Source: Gammaproteobacteria bacterium
GTDB taxonomy: Bacteria > Pseudomonadota > Gammaproteobacteria > CBDBNL01 > JAAOII01
Assembly: GCA_965209035.1 (NCBI GenBank)
Contig: OZ242372.1
Coordinates: 1-64,000 of the forward strand
DNA length: 64,000 nt
Reading direction: 5' to 3'
The notes below the pieces were generated by a model. It was not told where the DNA came from, searched no databases, and was given only the letters and a program-made list of their open reading frames with translations. Made by a program: the position numbers and the translations under genes. Of this stretch, positions 20,332-30,771 are shown in pieces. Each line of letters opens with the position of its first letter. The first letter of the stretch is position 1.

Positions 20332-21081
20332 TTGGCGAACAAACCCAAATCTCTCATTAAACAACAGCCTGCCAAACAGAAACAGCAGACCGTTTTCGGG
20401 CGGGCATTCGCGGACACAACGGCCGCACCCGGTTGGGCACTTTTTTGTAATTTCTTTGCTTACGGCTGTATCCTGGCAGCCGCCGGTTTTGATGTGTTGC
20501 AGTCTCTGTTCGGCACTTTTATTATTTATGCGTTACCGGGACAAATTGCTATGGCAGATGGCTATGCCGGCGGAGCCTCACTCATTACAATCGTCACAAT
20601 TTGTTGGCTGGTCAACTTACGACTGTTACCAATGAGCCTTGCCATAGTTCCTCTCATTCGCCAAAAAAGCCGGGTCGTCAATTTACTGGCAATTCATTTT
20701 GTCGCCATCACCGGCTGGCTTAATTTTTATTCAAACTATTCGGAAGTCGCCGCGAAGGATGTTTTTCGTTACTACATCAGTTCCAATCTGCTTCTTTGGA
20801 TGTTCGCATTTGCCGGCACAGTTTCCGGTTTTTACTTCAAGGACAGACTGCCAGCCGAAGTGTTCTTCGCGATTCTCATGCTCAACCCGTTGTATTTTTT
20901 ATGCACGATTGCCGAAGCGGGCATTAGAAATGCCGGTATTGGCTTGGCCGTCATCGCCGGCTTCTTTCTTTACCCGTTGTTTGCCGAAATTGACCCGAAC
21001 TGGGCGATTATTCTTGCCGGTCTGACAGGAGGCACTCTTGCTTATCTACTCAAGCGTAAAATTCCGATCACCCGGAAATGA
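20332..21081 (+). CDS. azlC: AzlC family amino-acid exporter permease
   Basis: YALPGQ and VNLRLLPMSL motifs; hydrophobic; followed by azlD; TTG start. Confidence 0.75.
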   Translation: MANKPKSLIKQQPAKQKQQTVFGRAFADTTAAPGWALFCNFFAYGCILAAAGFDVLQSLFGTFIIYALPGQIAMADGYAGGASLITIVTICWLVNLRLLPMSLAIVPLIRQKSRVVNLLAIHFVAITGWLNFYSNYSEVAAKDVFRYYISSNLLLWMFAFAGTVSGFYFKDRLPAEVFFAILMLNPLYFLCTIAEAGIRNAGIGLAVIAGFFLYPLFAEIDPNWAIILAGLTGGTLAYLLKRKIPITRK

Positions 21082-21169
21082 ACTTTTTCTATTGATTATT
21101 TTCCCGGTTCTTTTGAGATGCCACTTAATGATATGATTCAACAAAAATATTGCGGGAGGATTAAGTGAA

Positions 21170-21508
21170 GTGAGCTCGGAGGACCTTCTCATTTATGTTC
21201 TGATTCTTTCGGTCGCCGCGGTCACTTACCTGTCGCGTTTGACGGGATTTCTGTTGGGGCGGGGCATTCATTCCAAGAGTTCCAAACATCCAATTTTTGA
21301 ATATGCCAATTACATCACCTATGCGTTGGTAGCCGCGTTGGTTTTTAAACTGATTTTTCTGCCAATCGGTGCCTTGCCGGAGATTTCGGTATTTTGGCGC
21401 GGCATAGCAACCCTGGGTTGCTTGGCTGCTTATTTGTTACACCGCAAGTATCTGTTGCCATATCTTCTAACAACAGTCGGCTTCCTGACTTTGATTCAGT
21501 TTTTATAA
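21170..21508 (+). CDS. azlD: AzlD domain small membrane protein
   Basis: About 110 aa with VTYLSR and ALVAAL; follows azlC. Confidence 0.7.
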   Translation: MSSEDLLIYVLILSVAAVTYLSRLTGFLLGRGIHSKSSKHPIFEYANYITYALVAALVFKLIFLPIGALPEISVFWRGIATLGCLAAYLLHRKYLLPYLLTTVGFLTLIQFL

Positions 21509-21585
21509 GAGTTCCACGGCCCGCAGGACCAATGTCTGGGCCGGGGCTTTTTAAGTTTTTTAGGCTTTTTAAGAGAAAGAGTTTT

Positions 21586-22602
21586 TTAGGAAAGACCCGA
21601 CTTTGTGCCGCTATTGAGACGGGGGACATGCCCGCTTGTCGTCCCTTTGGAATTGGCGGATTCGCAATGTTCTTCTTTGTCATCAAAAAAGATATCCGCA
21701 CCGAAAGCCTTGAGAAAGCCGCCTTTTTTATTATCGCCGACAAACAGACATTCGTTCGGAATAATATTCCATTGTCGCAGTGTGTGAATTGCCCGCTTGT
21801 GCGAAGGTGCCGCTCGGGCGGTCACCAGGGCGGTGCGAATATCATATTCTCTGTCGGTCGGTAACCCGCTGGGATCTCCCGGGAAATATCGCCGTTGAAT
21901 TTCCCCGAGTGCTTCCAAAAATGGCTTGAAGGGTCCCGCCCCCAACTGCCTGTTTGCGTTGCGTTTCTCGGATTTCATAAAAGCGTCGACACCCTCAGTT
22001 TCGGTAATTTTTTCCGCTTCATCGGAGAAGAGAACCGCGTCGCCGTCAAAGGCGAACTTCAGTTGCTTGTCCTTGTCGGCGTTGTCTTGTGCGCCTTCAA
22101 TTCGGGCTGCCGCCAAGCCATTTTCAATACAATTATGAACATCTTCGGCATTTTTGGAAAGAAACAATTTGCAGCCAAAGGGCGGGGCATACATGTGCGG
22201 GCTGGTGCCACTGCAGAAGGCGGCCTTATAAATTTCCAGCCGATGTTTTTCAATGGAATTGAATACGCGTAATCCCGTATTAGCGGAATTTCTGGATAGA
22301 AGAACCACTTCCATGACCGGTGCTTCCAATTTGTGTGTTTTTACCAGATATCGGTTAATATCCAAGATTTTTTTGATCAGCGGAAAAGCATACCCCGGCT
22401 CGAGAGGCTTTTCCTCATTTTTAAGTTGGTATTTTTCGTATGCCGCAATACCCCTGTGCTGAAAAATATCGTCGCTTTCTTGCAAATTAAACAGCGCACT
22501 GGAAGCGATCCCAATGACGAGGGTGACCGGATCTTTGGCGGTTACCGCCGAATGCTTTTGTTTTTTCCTCCCCAAACTTTTCTTTTTTGTACTTGTTGCC
22601 AT
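21586..22602 (-). CDS. 5'-nucleotidase (cN-I family)
   Basis: ASSALFNL, LLSRNS..TGLRVFNSI, AFDGDAVLFSDE, VTARAAP, IFFDD motifs. Confidence 0.88.
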   Translation of the reverse strand: MATSTKKKSLGRKKQKHSAVTAKDPVTLVIGIASSALFNLQESDDIFQHRGIAAYEKYQLKNEEKPLEPGYAFPLIKKILDINRYLVKTHKLEAPVMEVVLLSRNSANTGLRVFNSIEKHRLEIYKAAFCSGTSPHMYAPPFGCKLFLSKNAEDVHNCIENGLAAARIEGAQDNADKDKQLKFAFDGDAVLFSDEAEKITETEGVDAFMKSEKRNANRQLGAGPFKPFLEALGEIQRRYFPGDPSGLPTDREYDIRTALVTARAAPSHKRAIHTLRQWNIIPNECLFVGDNKKGGFLKAFGADIFFDDKEEHCESANSKGTTSGHVPRLNSGTKSGLS

Positions 22603-22809
22603 AAAGTCATTTTATGGCAACCATAAAAAGGGGCGTGAATATGGGTCATGGCGTGTGGAATCATCCGTTTCGCATCCGGTCTCCCGAACAACTGCTTTCC
22701 GTATAAAATAAATACAAAGGAATATAGAAGCAGCCGAGCGGCGAGCTCGTTTGTGTTCCTCATTAAAAAGAAAGAAAAAAATAAAAATGACTGAGACTCA
22801 CCGGATGAA

Positions 22810-23187
22810 ATGATTATTGGAATTGGCAGTGATATCACGGATATCCGACGAATTAAACGCGTCTATAAAAAATACGGACAACGATTTGTGCGCCGCATTC
22901 TGACCGAAGAAGAACAACAATCCTATGTGCGCCGCAAACATAAGGTCGCATACCTGGCAAAACGCTTTGCCGTCAAAGAAGCCGCTTCCAAAGCACTCGG
23001 CACCGGCATGAAAGGGGGCGTATCTTGGCGTCAAATCGCGGCCGTCAACAAACCGAGCGGAGAGCCCACCTTGCTCTTAAAAGCAAACGCCCGGAAGCGT
23101 TTTGAACATCTGGGCGGCAAGCAAGCATGGGTGAGCATCAGTGACGAAGGCGATTACGCCATTGCTTTTGTTATTCTGAGTGCTTAG
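22810..23187 (+). CDS. acpS: Holo-[acyl-carrier-protein] synthase
   Basis: GIGSDI, LAKRFAVKEAASKALGTG, VSISDE motifs. Confidence 0.95.
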   Translation: MIIGIGSDITDIRRIKRVYKKYGQRFVRRILTEEEQQSYVRRKHKVAYLAKRFAVKEAASKALGTGMKGGVSWRQIAAVNKPSGEPTLLLKANARKRFEHLGGKQAWVSISDEGDYAIAFVILSA

Positions 23188-23335
23188 AAGGTTTTAACGA
23201 ATCGTACATTTAAAAAAATTGGCATGACTGCCGAACAAAAAATCGGCATTGTTCCCCGGATTATAGATACGCAGAATAATCCTTTTAATTCTTTCTCCAA
23301 TGAGCACGAACCAACGATTCCGCGGCTATTCTCGG

Positions 23336-24505
23336 TTATTCTCGGTTTAGTAAATATTCCGGTTGCAGATACTGATCGTCCGGTAACTGATCCGCCGGCA
23401 AGTAAATCACAACTTGCTTCTTAAAGTTTTTGAGCGAGGAGCACATCATAGGCCCGACATCCTTCCATTCCAATCCTCCCAAACCGCAGCCCAAAGCCGG
23501 TAATGCAAGAGATTCCATACCAAGCCGTTCGTAATTTTGTGCCAAATAATTTAGTCCTTGTTTAATTCCCGGCAAGGGGGAAGGATGACGCCAATGTTCT
23601 TTTGTGGCAAACAGCAAAAACCAGCGAGGGCTGTTGAGTTTTTTGGGATTTAAGGTCTGTGATTCGTCCGCAAGCACCTCCTCCAAACGGATATCTCTCT
23701 TATAAAGAAAGGGCTGTCCCATCTTGAGTTGCCGACTACGACACACATCTTGATACTTAACATACACATCCGGAAATTGATATTTCGCCCGCGATGCCAG
23801 ACCTTTGCCCATGACTCCCTGCGTATTGACACTCACGGTGAGCGTCTGCATGTTAGAAAAAAACAGATCACCCTGTGCCAAAGAGATTTTATCGCTAATT
23901 TTGCGTCTCCAAGCGGGTTGAAAAAACATCGTCGGCTCTGCAACAGGCGATATTTGTTTAAAATTCAACAAACTGTGTTGCTCGGTATTTTGTTTGGCAA
24001 CATATATTCCCATAATGTTTTCCGGTGACACCTTCTCCGGCACGAGTAGTTCCGCCATAATTCGTCTTTTACTGCCGTCCGCTTCGTTCCAATATTCTCG
24101 CCGGAGATCTTTTTCATTAATGTGCTTTAAGTTCGCGCGGGTCGCCGGGTAAAAACAGGTTGCATAGTTGGCGGCATTGCCATCGGCAATATAGCCACCG
24201 GGCGTATTCCGGATCGCCGGATTAATTTCCAACACCGCAAGATCCTCCAAACGAAAGTTACAAATCAGACGATATAGCATCGGATTCCGCACTTGAAAGT
24301 AAAAATTAACATAATCTGTCAGTGGCTTACCGGTTGGCAAATGCTTTGCTTTCCGCCTTGACTGGACGCCGTCATCATGCACCCGGGCATAAGCAATGTC
24401 TTCATTTTCCAAAGGGCCGCGAGCATATATCCCTTGTTCCAATATGGATGACAGATTATCCCTGTGTGTGATATGGAAAAAACTCTCGGGAGTGAATTTT
24501 ATCAT
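23336..24505 (-). CDS. DarT (DUF4433) ssDNA ADP-ribosyltransferase fused to a DarG-type macrodomain
   Basis: N-half: HITH..NL.SIL..G, RR, DYVNFYF..RNPMLY, DGNAA, AELLV (catalytic Glu). C-half: GDLF, VNTQGVMGKGLA, FATKEHWR (catalytic Lys), SLALPALGCGLGGLEW. Confidence 0.88.
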   Translation of the reverse strand: MIKFTPESFFHITHRDNLSSILEQGIYARGPLENEDIAYARVHDDGVQSRRKAKHLPTGKPLTDYVNFYFQVRNPMLYRLICNFRLEDLAVLEINPAIRNTPGGYIADGNAANYATCFYPATRANLKHINEKDLRREYWNEADGSKRRIMAELLVPEKVSPENIMGIYVAKQNTEQHSLLNFKQISPVAEPTMFFQPAWRRKISDKISLAQGDLFFSNMQTLTVSVNTQGVMGKGLASRAKYQFPDVYVKYQDVCRSRQLKMGQPFLYKRDIRLEEVLADESQTLNPKKLNSPRWFLLFATKEHWRHPSPLPGIKQGLNYLAQNYERLGMESLALPALGCGLGGLEWKDVGPMMCSSLKNFKKQVVIYLPADQLPDDQYLQPEYLLNRE

Positions 24506-24585
24506 TTCCGGGTTTCCGGGTTTTCAGGTTTTCAGGTTTTATCGTTAGGATAATTTAATTTAAATTGCCGGAAATTCTTTTACGA

Positions 24586-27153
24586 CTATTCTTTTAGAAG
24601 GTTTTCAAACTGCTCCTGATAACGATTATCGAAAAGAATGCGCAAAGACATTGCCGAAGTCGGTTCCGCTTCCGCTTCCGTTGTTTGTAATCTCACACTT
24701 CCCGTTTCCCGGGCGTGAGGGGATATTTCTTCCAGCATTTTCAATACTTCTTCTTTATACTTTGTGTCCGCATTACCGGCAAGATGCATCCCCTTTGTTT
24801 CCATGATAAAGAGACGCTTGCTATGGCATTCGCTCGGATTGATACCGACTATGAAATCCGGGTATATTTTTTGTCGTCTCCAGCCCTGCAGCGTATATTC
24901 ATTTTCCTGTTTTGCCGCCACGCGGTGCCACCAATTCACGGCATCCTCACCGTTGATGTATAAGGCAAACGCTTTTTCAAGACTTGTAAATTCGTGTTCA
25001 TATAGGTCTTCAAACAGGGATTTATTAAAGTGCGCCCTAACATTAGACAAAGGTTGATCGGCACCGCCAACCAATTTCCGGACTTCCATTGGTAATTCGT
25101 AGTTATGATCGTCTATGGTCAGTTCAAATCGAATGTCACCATTTTTGAGTTTGGCCGTGAAGATCTGCTTTGCCTCTTCTTCCAACAGATCCGCGATCTG
25201 TTGCTTGATGGCGGCGGCAATATTGTACCGACGCTTAAAAATCCATTCATCATTTTTTCCGTCCTCTCGCAGCAACTTCAAAGCGGAACGCACAAACTTT
25301 GCCGCCGTCCAAGCATTCAAAGTCATATTTTCCAAGAATCTGACGAAGAACTCCGTGGTGATTTCCGGCTCCTGTGCCACCGTAGACCCCTGACTCGCAT
25401 CGGTGTTTAGCACACCCGGCAGATCAACTTGCATCACCGTTTCGTTGATGCGATCCAACGCGGCCCGGGTAATATTGGGTCGGGCGGACAGAAGATTATC
25501 CGGATTCAAATGGCTGAGTATATCCGCATCATAATCAATAGGGCGGTAGGTCTTTTTGTTTTCTTTGAAGAGGACCTTCGGTAAAAACACGCGTAACTTT
25601 TTAAATTCCTTGCGTCTGGAAAACTCCAATAATTCTCCTTCGTTTCGGGTGGTTCCGCCGCCGGGTTCGCCCAATATCAACTCGGCCGCATCGGCCAGGC
25701 CTTCCACTTCCAACCCTTTTTTAATTTTATTGAGAGCGGCCGTCACATCTTGGTTAAAACAATAGATATATGCTTGGTTTAATGCCTTGTAGGAGGTCGT
25801 TTCGGCACCCGGTTGGCGTAGCACTCGGCCGGTCATTTGTGTCAAAGCAAGCGGTGCTTTGGTTTTATCCAACAGGGTTAGAATGTAGGCAAAAGGGCAA
25901 TCCCATCCTTCGCGCAGGGCGTCTTTGGTAAGAATATAGCGCACTTGCGAATAGGGCGACAGAAGATCCTCATCGGCTATTTCGTCTTTTTCGGCGGTTT
26001 TACGGCGAATGAACTCGGGCGGAACATTTAATTCCTTAATCAGGTAATCCCGGACATCTTCGGCGTGAATGTATTCCGGTTTGTTTCTTTGCTCCTTGCC
26101 GACGCGCTGCACACGGATGAGCATAATAGGTCGGATATAACGGCCTGTCTCGGTTTTAAGTTTTTTGGCAGTGGCCTCCAGTTCTTCCAATTTTTCTTTG
26201 CTTTTGGCGAGTGTATGTTGCCAATCCGCGCTGCTAAAATTGTGTACCTTCAAAGGTAACTTAATCAGTTGCTCTTCTTTTAATTCCATACCGCCGATGT
26301 TCACCAGGATATTGCTATTTTCAGAAGACGGAGTGGCGGAAAGTTCCAAAACAAAGCGCGGGTTAAATTCCGATAACTTTTTCCTTCTGTTTGGCGAATA
26401 GGCATTGTGAGCTTCATCCAGAACAATAATCGGCCGGGCAATCTTTAACAGGTTGTAAAGACTGTGTTTTACCATTCCCGGGATACCCCTGTCTCCCATG
26501 TCATAAGTATCCAGATCCGGAAACTCGTCACAAAGCATCTTATTGGCATCCGAATCATCTTGCGGAGGAAAGAAACTCGGATATTTGCCACTGTCGCGAA
26601 AAAGGCGCAGAAAATTCCTCTCTTCTCGGTCCGCAGCCTGCAGCATTAAAGGCATGATGCATAAGTAATTTTGCGGGTCAAAACGGCTAATATTATCTTC
26701 TTTGGTTAGCAGTTTGATCTTGCCGCCGCTGGCACGTTCCAGTGCCTGACGATAGGGATGCATTCGGGTTGCAAATGCTTGCCAGGTTTGTTTGTAGATA
26801 GCCCGCGATGGTGTCATCCACAAAACCAATCCGGTTTGGACTTTCATTCTACCCAATGCCAGAGTTCCCAACAGGGTCTTACCGCCGCCGGTCGGCACTT
26901 TTAAGCAAACATGGGGAAAGGGTTCTTCGTTGCTGTTCAAACGCGAGACATAGGGAGTGCCGGCAACACGCCCTTGTTTTTGCAATGCTTTCCATGCATA
27001 GCGGGGATAATCCATATCTTCCGTTTCTATTGCTATTCCGCTATTTTTTAGAACACGAACACGCTTTTGAGTTTCGTCTTTTTGTCCGCTCAGTTCCTCC
27101 AAATAATGCGACAAGTCATCCAACGCCCGCACTTGAAAATTTTTCGGCTGCAT
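24586..27153 (-). CDS. res: Type III restriction-modification Res subunit (SF2 helicase plus PD-(D/E)xK nuclease)
   Basis: VPTGGGKT, LDEAH, LSATP, LREGWDCP, Q..GRVLRQP and C-terminal YPDFIV...ETKG motifs. Confidence 0.88.
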   Translation of the reverse strand: MQPKNFQVRALDDLSHYLEELSGQKDETQKRVRVLKNSGIAIETEDMDYPRYAWKALQKQGRVAGTPYVSRLNSNEEPFPHVCLKVPTGGGKTLLGTLALGRMKVQTGLVLWMTPSRAIYKQTWQAFATRMHPYRQALERASGGKIKLLTKEDNISRFDPQNYLCIMPLMLQAADREERNFLRLFRDSGKYPSFFPPQDDSDANKMLCDEFPDLDTYDMGDRGIPGMVKHSLYNLLKIARPIIVLDEAHNAYSPNRRKKLSEFNPRFVLELSATPSSENSNILVNIGGMELKEEQLIKLPLKVHNFSSADWQHTLAKSKEKLEELEATAKKLKTETGRYIRPIMLIRVQRVGKEQRNKPEYIHAEDVRDYLIKELNVPPEFIRRKTAEKDEIADEDLLSPYSQVRYILTKDALREGWDCPFAYILTLLDKTKAPLALTQMTGRVLRQPGAETTSYKALNQAYIYCFNQDVTAALNKIKKGLEVEGLADAAELILGEPGGGTTRNEGELLEFSRRKEFKKLRVFLPKVLFKENKKTYRPIDYDADILSHLNPDNLLSARPNITRAALDRINETVMQVDLPGVLNTDASQGSTVAQEPEITTEFFVRFLENMTLNAWTAAKFVRSALKLLREDGKNDEWIFKRRYNIAAAIKQQIADLLEEEAKQIFTAKLKNGDIRFELTIDDHNYELPMEVRKLVGGADQPLSNVRAHFNKSLFEDLYEHEFTSLEKAFALYINGEDAVNWWHRVAAKQENEYTLQGWRRQKIYPDFIVGINPSECHSKRLFIMETKGMHLAGNADTKYKEEVLKMLEEISPHARETGSVRLQTTEAEAEPTSAMSLRILFDNRYQEQFENLLKE

Positions 27154-27248
27154 GATTTAAGTTTTGGTTTAGGCTTTAAAGCGAGTTCGGGGTTTGTTAA
27201 TTGCGGACATCGGTTTTGCCTGTTTTTCAAATTGAAATCGCCGATGCT

Positions 27249-28979
27249 TCAAATCCCACCCTCACCCAGACTGTCACCGAACATTCTGTGAATGGCATAG
27301 GGCAGTTGACAATAAGTGATCCCCATGCGACTCAAGTCTTTTTGTGAGATAAACTTCCAAGGAGCAAAAACCAAAGCAGTTTTCCCTTTGCTTTTTATCC
27401 GTTTTTGAATACGCTCGGCAACTTGCTTGGAAAGGGCGGAATCCCGATGGGTGAGAAATTTTATATCCTGCTCGTAAATCAAGTATAAGAGTTCTTTCTC
27501 TGTCTCGGCAAACAGATGGTCTGCCGGTCGGTTGACTTGCTCCAAAGAAAGACCGCAGGAAACATGAGCGAGATGGCGTGCCAAAGTATCATAGTCCGGC
27601 AGTTTCTCGCGGAGCATATTTTCCACACTGATTTCTTCGCCAAGGGTGCAGAAGGTAAAACTTCCGCCCAAAGGCTCCCCGTTTTTTTGATTTTTAGAGT
27701 GTTCTTTGCCTTTACTTTTGCCTTTAATCACTCTTCGCACGCGTTCGGCGGTAATCTTATCGGCATAGTCCTCGCACTCAACCAGAATAAACTTGCGGTT
27801 GCCGCCATCCTCCCGGTTCAAAGCCAGCACCGCATGCGCGGTGGTGCCGCTGCCGGCAAAAGAATCCAAAATAAGAGAGTTTTTATCCGTGGCTATGGCA
27901 AGTATTTTTTTTATCAGATGCAAGGATTTGGGAAATTGAAAAGAGTTTAATCCGAGATGATTTAAAATAGAAGTTCCGTGCATTGTTTGCATATTCGGAT
28001 CATCCCAAACAGATTTTGCTTTGATGGTATTTTTTCGTGTTTTTACTCCGATACACCATTCACCCGTCTGCTTTTTATAACCCACTAGTTCGCCAGACAG
28101 AGCGGAGGTGCCGGTATTTTCTAATACTTTTGGTTTACCCCACCTCCAACATTTGTCTGTTCCATTTTTCTTTGGCAAAACTTCTATGTCGCTTGTTTTT
28201 TTACGATTAAGACGGACAAGATAAAAATCCCGCAGATCATCTTTGGCGTTGATGTCTATGTAAATTGGAAAGTAAAGATTGGGTCTGTTTTGTCTTGAGA
28301 ATTTTGGATTCTCATTTTGCAAATCTCTTATGTTATGAGGTCCTGTCTCATCTTTATACTTAAATATCTTGTCCGGCTGAAGTAGCTCATTGATCAAAGC
28401 GCCACTACTTTTGCCATATACCAAGACATAGTCATGTTGGGTAGCAATTTGGTTGTAGTCTCTGCCACCCTTGTTAGTGATTACAATGATTTGTTCAATA
28501 AAATTCTCCGCGCCGAATATCTCATCCATCACCGGGCGCAGATATCCGACTTCATTATCGTCAATAGAAACAAAGATGACACCATCCTCGGCAAGGAGAT
28601 CGCGCAGCAGTTGTAATCTCGGCCACATCATACACAGCCACTTATCGTGGCGTTGCGGATCTTCGCGATCTATTGGCTTGTTCTCTTTGAGCCATGCTTG
28701 CATCAACGGCGAGTTGACCCGATCGTTATAGACCCAGCCTTCATTTCCCGTGTTATAGGGCGGGTCTATGTAAATGCAGTTCACCTTGCCGGCATAACGC
28801 GGCATCAGGGCCTTGAGGGCAACCAGATTATCGCCGTGAATGCTCAGATTACCGTCTTGTGTTGCTTTCTCACCCTTGGATACCAAAGACTTTTGAGCAT
28901 CCGGCGTTAATACTCTGTATCCTACGCCGAGATGATGGGCATAAACAAACTCTTTGCCTTGAAATTCAAGCGATGGCAT
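27249..28979 (-). CDS. mod: Type III R-M Mod subunit (adenine DNA methyltransferase)
   Basis: IHGDNL, IYIDPPYNTG, FVSIDDNE, FPK and ILDSFAGSGTTAHAV motifs; upstream of res. Confidence 0.9.
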   Translation of the reverse strand: MPSLEFQGKEFVYAHHLGVGYRVLTPDAQKSLVSKGEKATQDGNLSIHGDNLVALKALMPRYAGKVNCIYIDPPYNTGNEGWVYNDRVNSPLMQAWLKENKPIDREDPQRHDKWLCMMWPRLQLLRDLLAEDGVIFVSIDDNEVGYLRPVMDEIFGAENFIEQIIVITNKGGRDYNQIATQHDYVLVYGKSSGALINELLQPDKIFKYKDETGPHNIRDLQNENPKFSRQNRPNLYFPIYIDINAKDDLRDFYLVRLNRKKTSDIEVLPKKNGTDKCWRWGKPKVLENTGTSALSGELVGYKKQTGEWCIGVKTRKNTIKAKSVWDDPNMQTMHGTSILNHLGLNSFQFPKSLHLIKKILAIATDKNSLILDSFAGSGTTAHAVLALNREDGGNRKFILVECEDYADKITAERVRRVIKGKSKGKEHSKNQKNGEPLGGSFTFCTLGEEISVENMLREKLPDYDTLARHLAHVSCGLSLEQVNRPADHLFAETEKELLYLIYEQDIKFLTHRDSALSKQVAERIQKRIKSKGKTALVFAPWKFISQKDLSRMGITYCQLPYAIHRMFGDSLGEGGI

Positions 28980-29046
28980 AATTTATTTCTGTTATTAGTT
29001 TTTGGAGAGTTGATATGTAGTTTATCATTTTTATTATTTTACTCGT

Positions 29047-29505
29047 CTAAATTTTTATATTCATTGCCAATAACATATTTTTCAATGTATCGCACCGAAC
29101 GCTTTCTATTTCACACACCAAGGGTATTTTGTAGTTTGATATCTTTGTTGGCCGGTCTTTTTGTATACCTTCATAAGTGATCACTGTTAACCGATGATAT
29201 TTGGCATAGGCAATCAGTTCGGCATCAATCTTGCTGATACCGATTCCTGTTTCTTGAATATCGTATTTTTCTCCAAATTGCAAAGCAATTTTTTTGACAC
29301 TTGGATCGATATCCTGTTTTTCTACTTTATGATTATCTATAAATTTCTGTAATTCTTCTATGCCTATTTCGCCATAAATGCATTTAAGCAAGATAAATTC
29401 TGTTTTGTGTTTTACTAATTGCTGCCATAAAGAAGGGAATACCGGGTAAGGATAATGTGTGTTCCATGCCGTTATGAAGACATTCGCGTCCAGGCAAAAC
29501 TTCAT
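29047..29505 (-). CDS. DUF4411 family PIN-like protein
   Basis: LDANVFI.AW..HYP..VFPSLW, DAELIAYA, VITYE and KIP.VC motifs; 4-bp overlap with the upstream gene. Confidence 0.8.
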   Translation of the reverse strand: MKFCLDANVFITAWNTHYPYPVFPSLWQQLVKHKTEFILLKCIYGEIGIEELQKFIDNHKVEKQDIDPSVKKIALQFGEKYDIQETGIGISKIDAELIAYAKYHRLTVITYEGIQKDRPTKISNYKIPLVCEIESVRCDTLKNMLLAMNIKI

Positions 29506-30683
29506 ACCATATCCTCCGTTTTCATGACATGATCAACCGATTTTGCACCAACGAGTTTACACAGTTTATGCAGACCAATTTCTTGATCATAATAGGCTTG
29601 CCAAACTGTTTTTAGATAGATATTGCCGAACTGCCGCACAATTTCTTTTGCACGATTCCTTGGCGGTCCTCCCTTGCTTTCTTTCTGTTTTTCCCCTTCT
29701 CTTTTATTTTGTTCTTTGAGTTCCAGTTCCAAGCGATAATATTCCTGCCGAGAGATCAGAGTTGCCCGTACGGCTCGCACGAGACATGCGTAGGTACTGA
29801 TCTTAAAATGCGCCGCCAATTTTCCGATGCCCTTCAATTCGGAGAGATCATACTTTTGCGCTTCTTGCATGAATACTGTTGATGGCATCAGGATACTTCC
29901 GGCAAGATCATCACACCATTTTTCTTCCTTTTGCCGGTGATTCGTCTGTTTGTTATTTTTATATTCGGCTGCCGGGTCTGTGTCAAGTGTGCTTTGTTTT
30001 TTCAGGAGATGCCCCAACTCGTGAAAGAGGGTAAAAGATTGGGCTTTATAAGAGTCCGAATCGTTGATGATGATCATTGGCAAAACATCGCGGAAAATGG
30101 CAAGACCGCGCATCTTGTTTATATCAATTTTCGAAAAGCCGGGATACTTGCCGGTCATGAATACGAAAATATTTTTATCTTCCAAACGTCGGCGCCACTC
30201 GTCAAAATCAAAACAGTCCGCTGCGGAACAGTCAAGCCACTGACGAACGGATATCGCCATATCGGCCGCTTCCTCTTTTAGAGGAGGAGGTGAAAACGCA
30301 GGGATGGGGTTTTTAGCATTCTCTCTAAAATTCAAAAGCATAGTACGCATGAGGGTGTCCGTTTTATGGACAACTTTTATTAATTCCGCATCTTGCAATG
30401 CGTCTTTTTTATCTTTGCGAAGTCTTCGGAAAGAAGGGTTTGTTGCAAAATGATATTTTTCAGGCAGTTTTTTGGCAATAAACACCCAATCCGGGACACC
30501 GTAAAGTTTGGCAAGTACCTCCAACTGATTAAAGGTGGGAGCGATTTCGCCTTGTTCCATTTTTTGAATTCGGGGAACCTTCTTTTGCACCTCGTCCAAA
30601 GTGAGAAATACTTGCTCGCGGCATTCGCGCAAGGTTGTGCAATTCATCTTTTCGATGATCCCTATTCTTCCCACAGTGGTCAT
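29502..30683 (-). CDS. XRE HTH plus ImmA/IrrE zinc metallopeptidase
   Basis: N-terminal HTH (MEQGE..PTFNQLEVLAKLY), FTLFHELGH (HExxH) and EKWCDDLAGSILMP motifs. Confidence 0.88.
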   Translation of the reverse strand: MTTVGRIGIIEKMNCTTLRECREQVFLTLDEVQKKVPRIQKMEQGEIAPTFNQLEVLAKLYGVPDWVFIAKKLPEKYHFATNPSFRRLRKDKKDALQDAELIKVVHKTDTLMRTMLLNFRENAKNPIPAFSPPPLKEEAADMAISVRQWLDCSAADCFDFDEWRRRLEDKNIFVFMTGKYPGFSKIDINKMRGLAIFRDVLPMIIINDSDSYKAQSFTLFHELGHLLKKQSTLDTDPAAEYKNNKQTNHRQKEEKWCDDLAGSILMPSTVFMQEAQKYDLSELKGIGKLAAHFKISTYACLVRAVRATLISRQEYYRLELELKEQNKREGEKQKESKGGPPRNRAKEIVRQFGNIYLKTVWQAYYDQEIGLHKLCKLVGAKSVDHVMKTEDMV

Positions 30684-30771
30684 TTTAATTATTTTGAGGA
30701 CACTAATTTATCCGGGGATTTATCCGGGTAAAATTCTTTCAAAGATTTCATTTTTGTTCACGCTCGCATTC

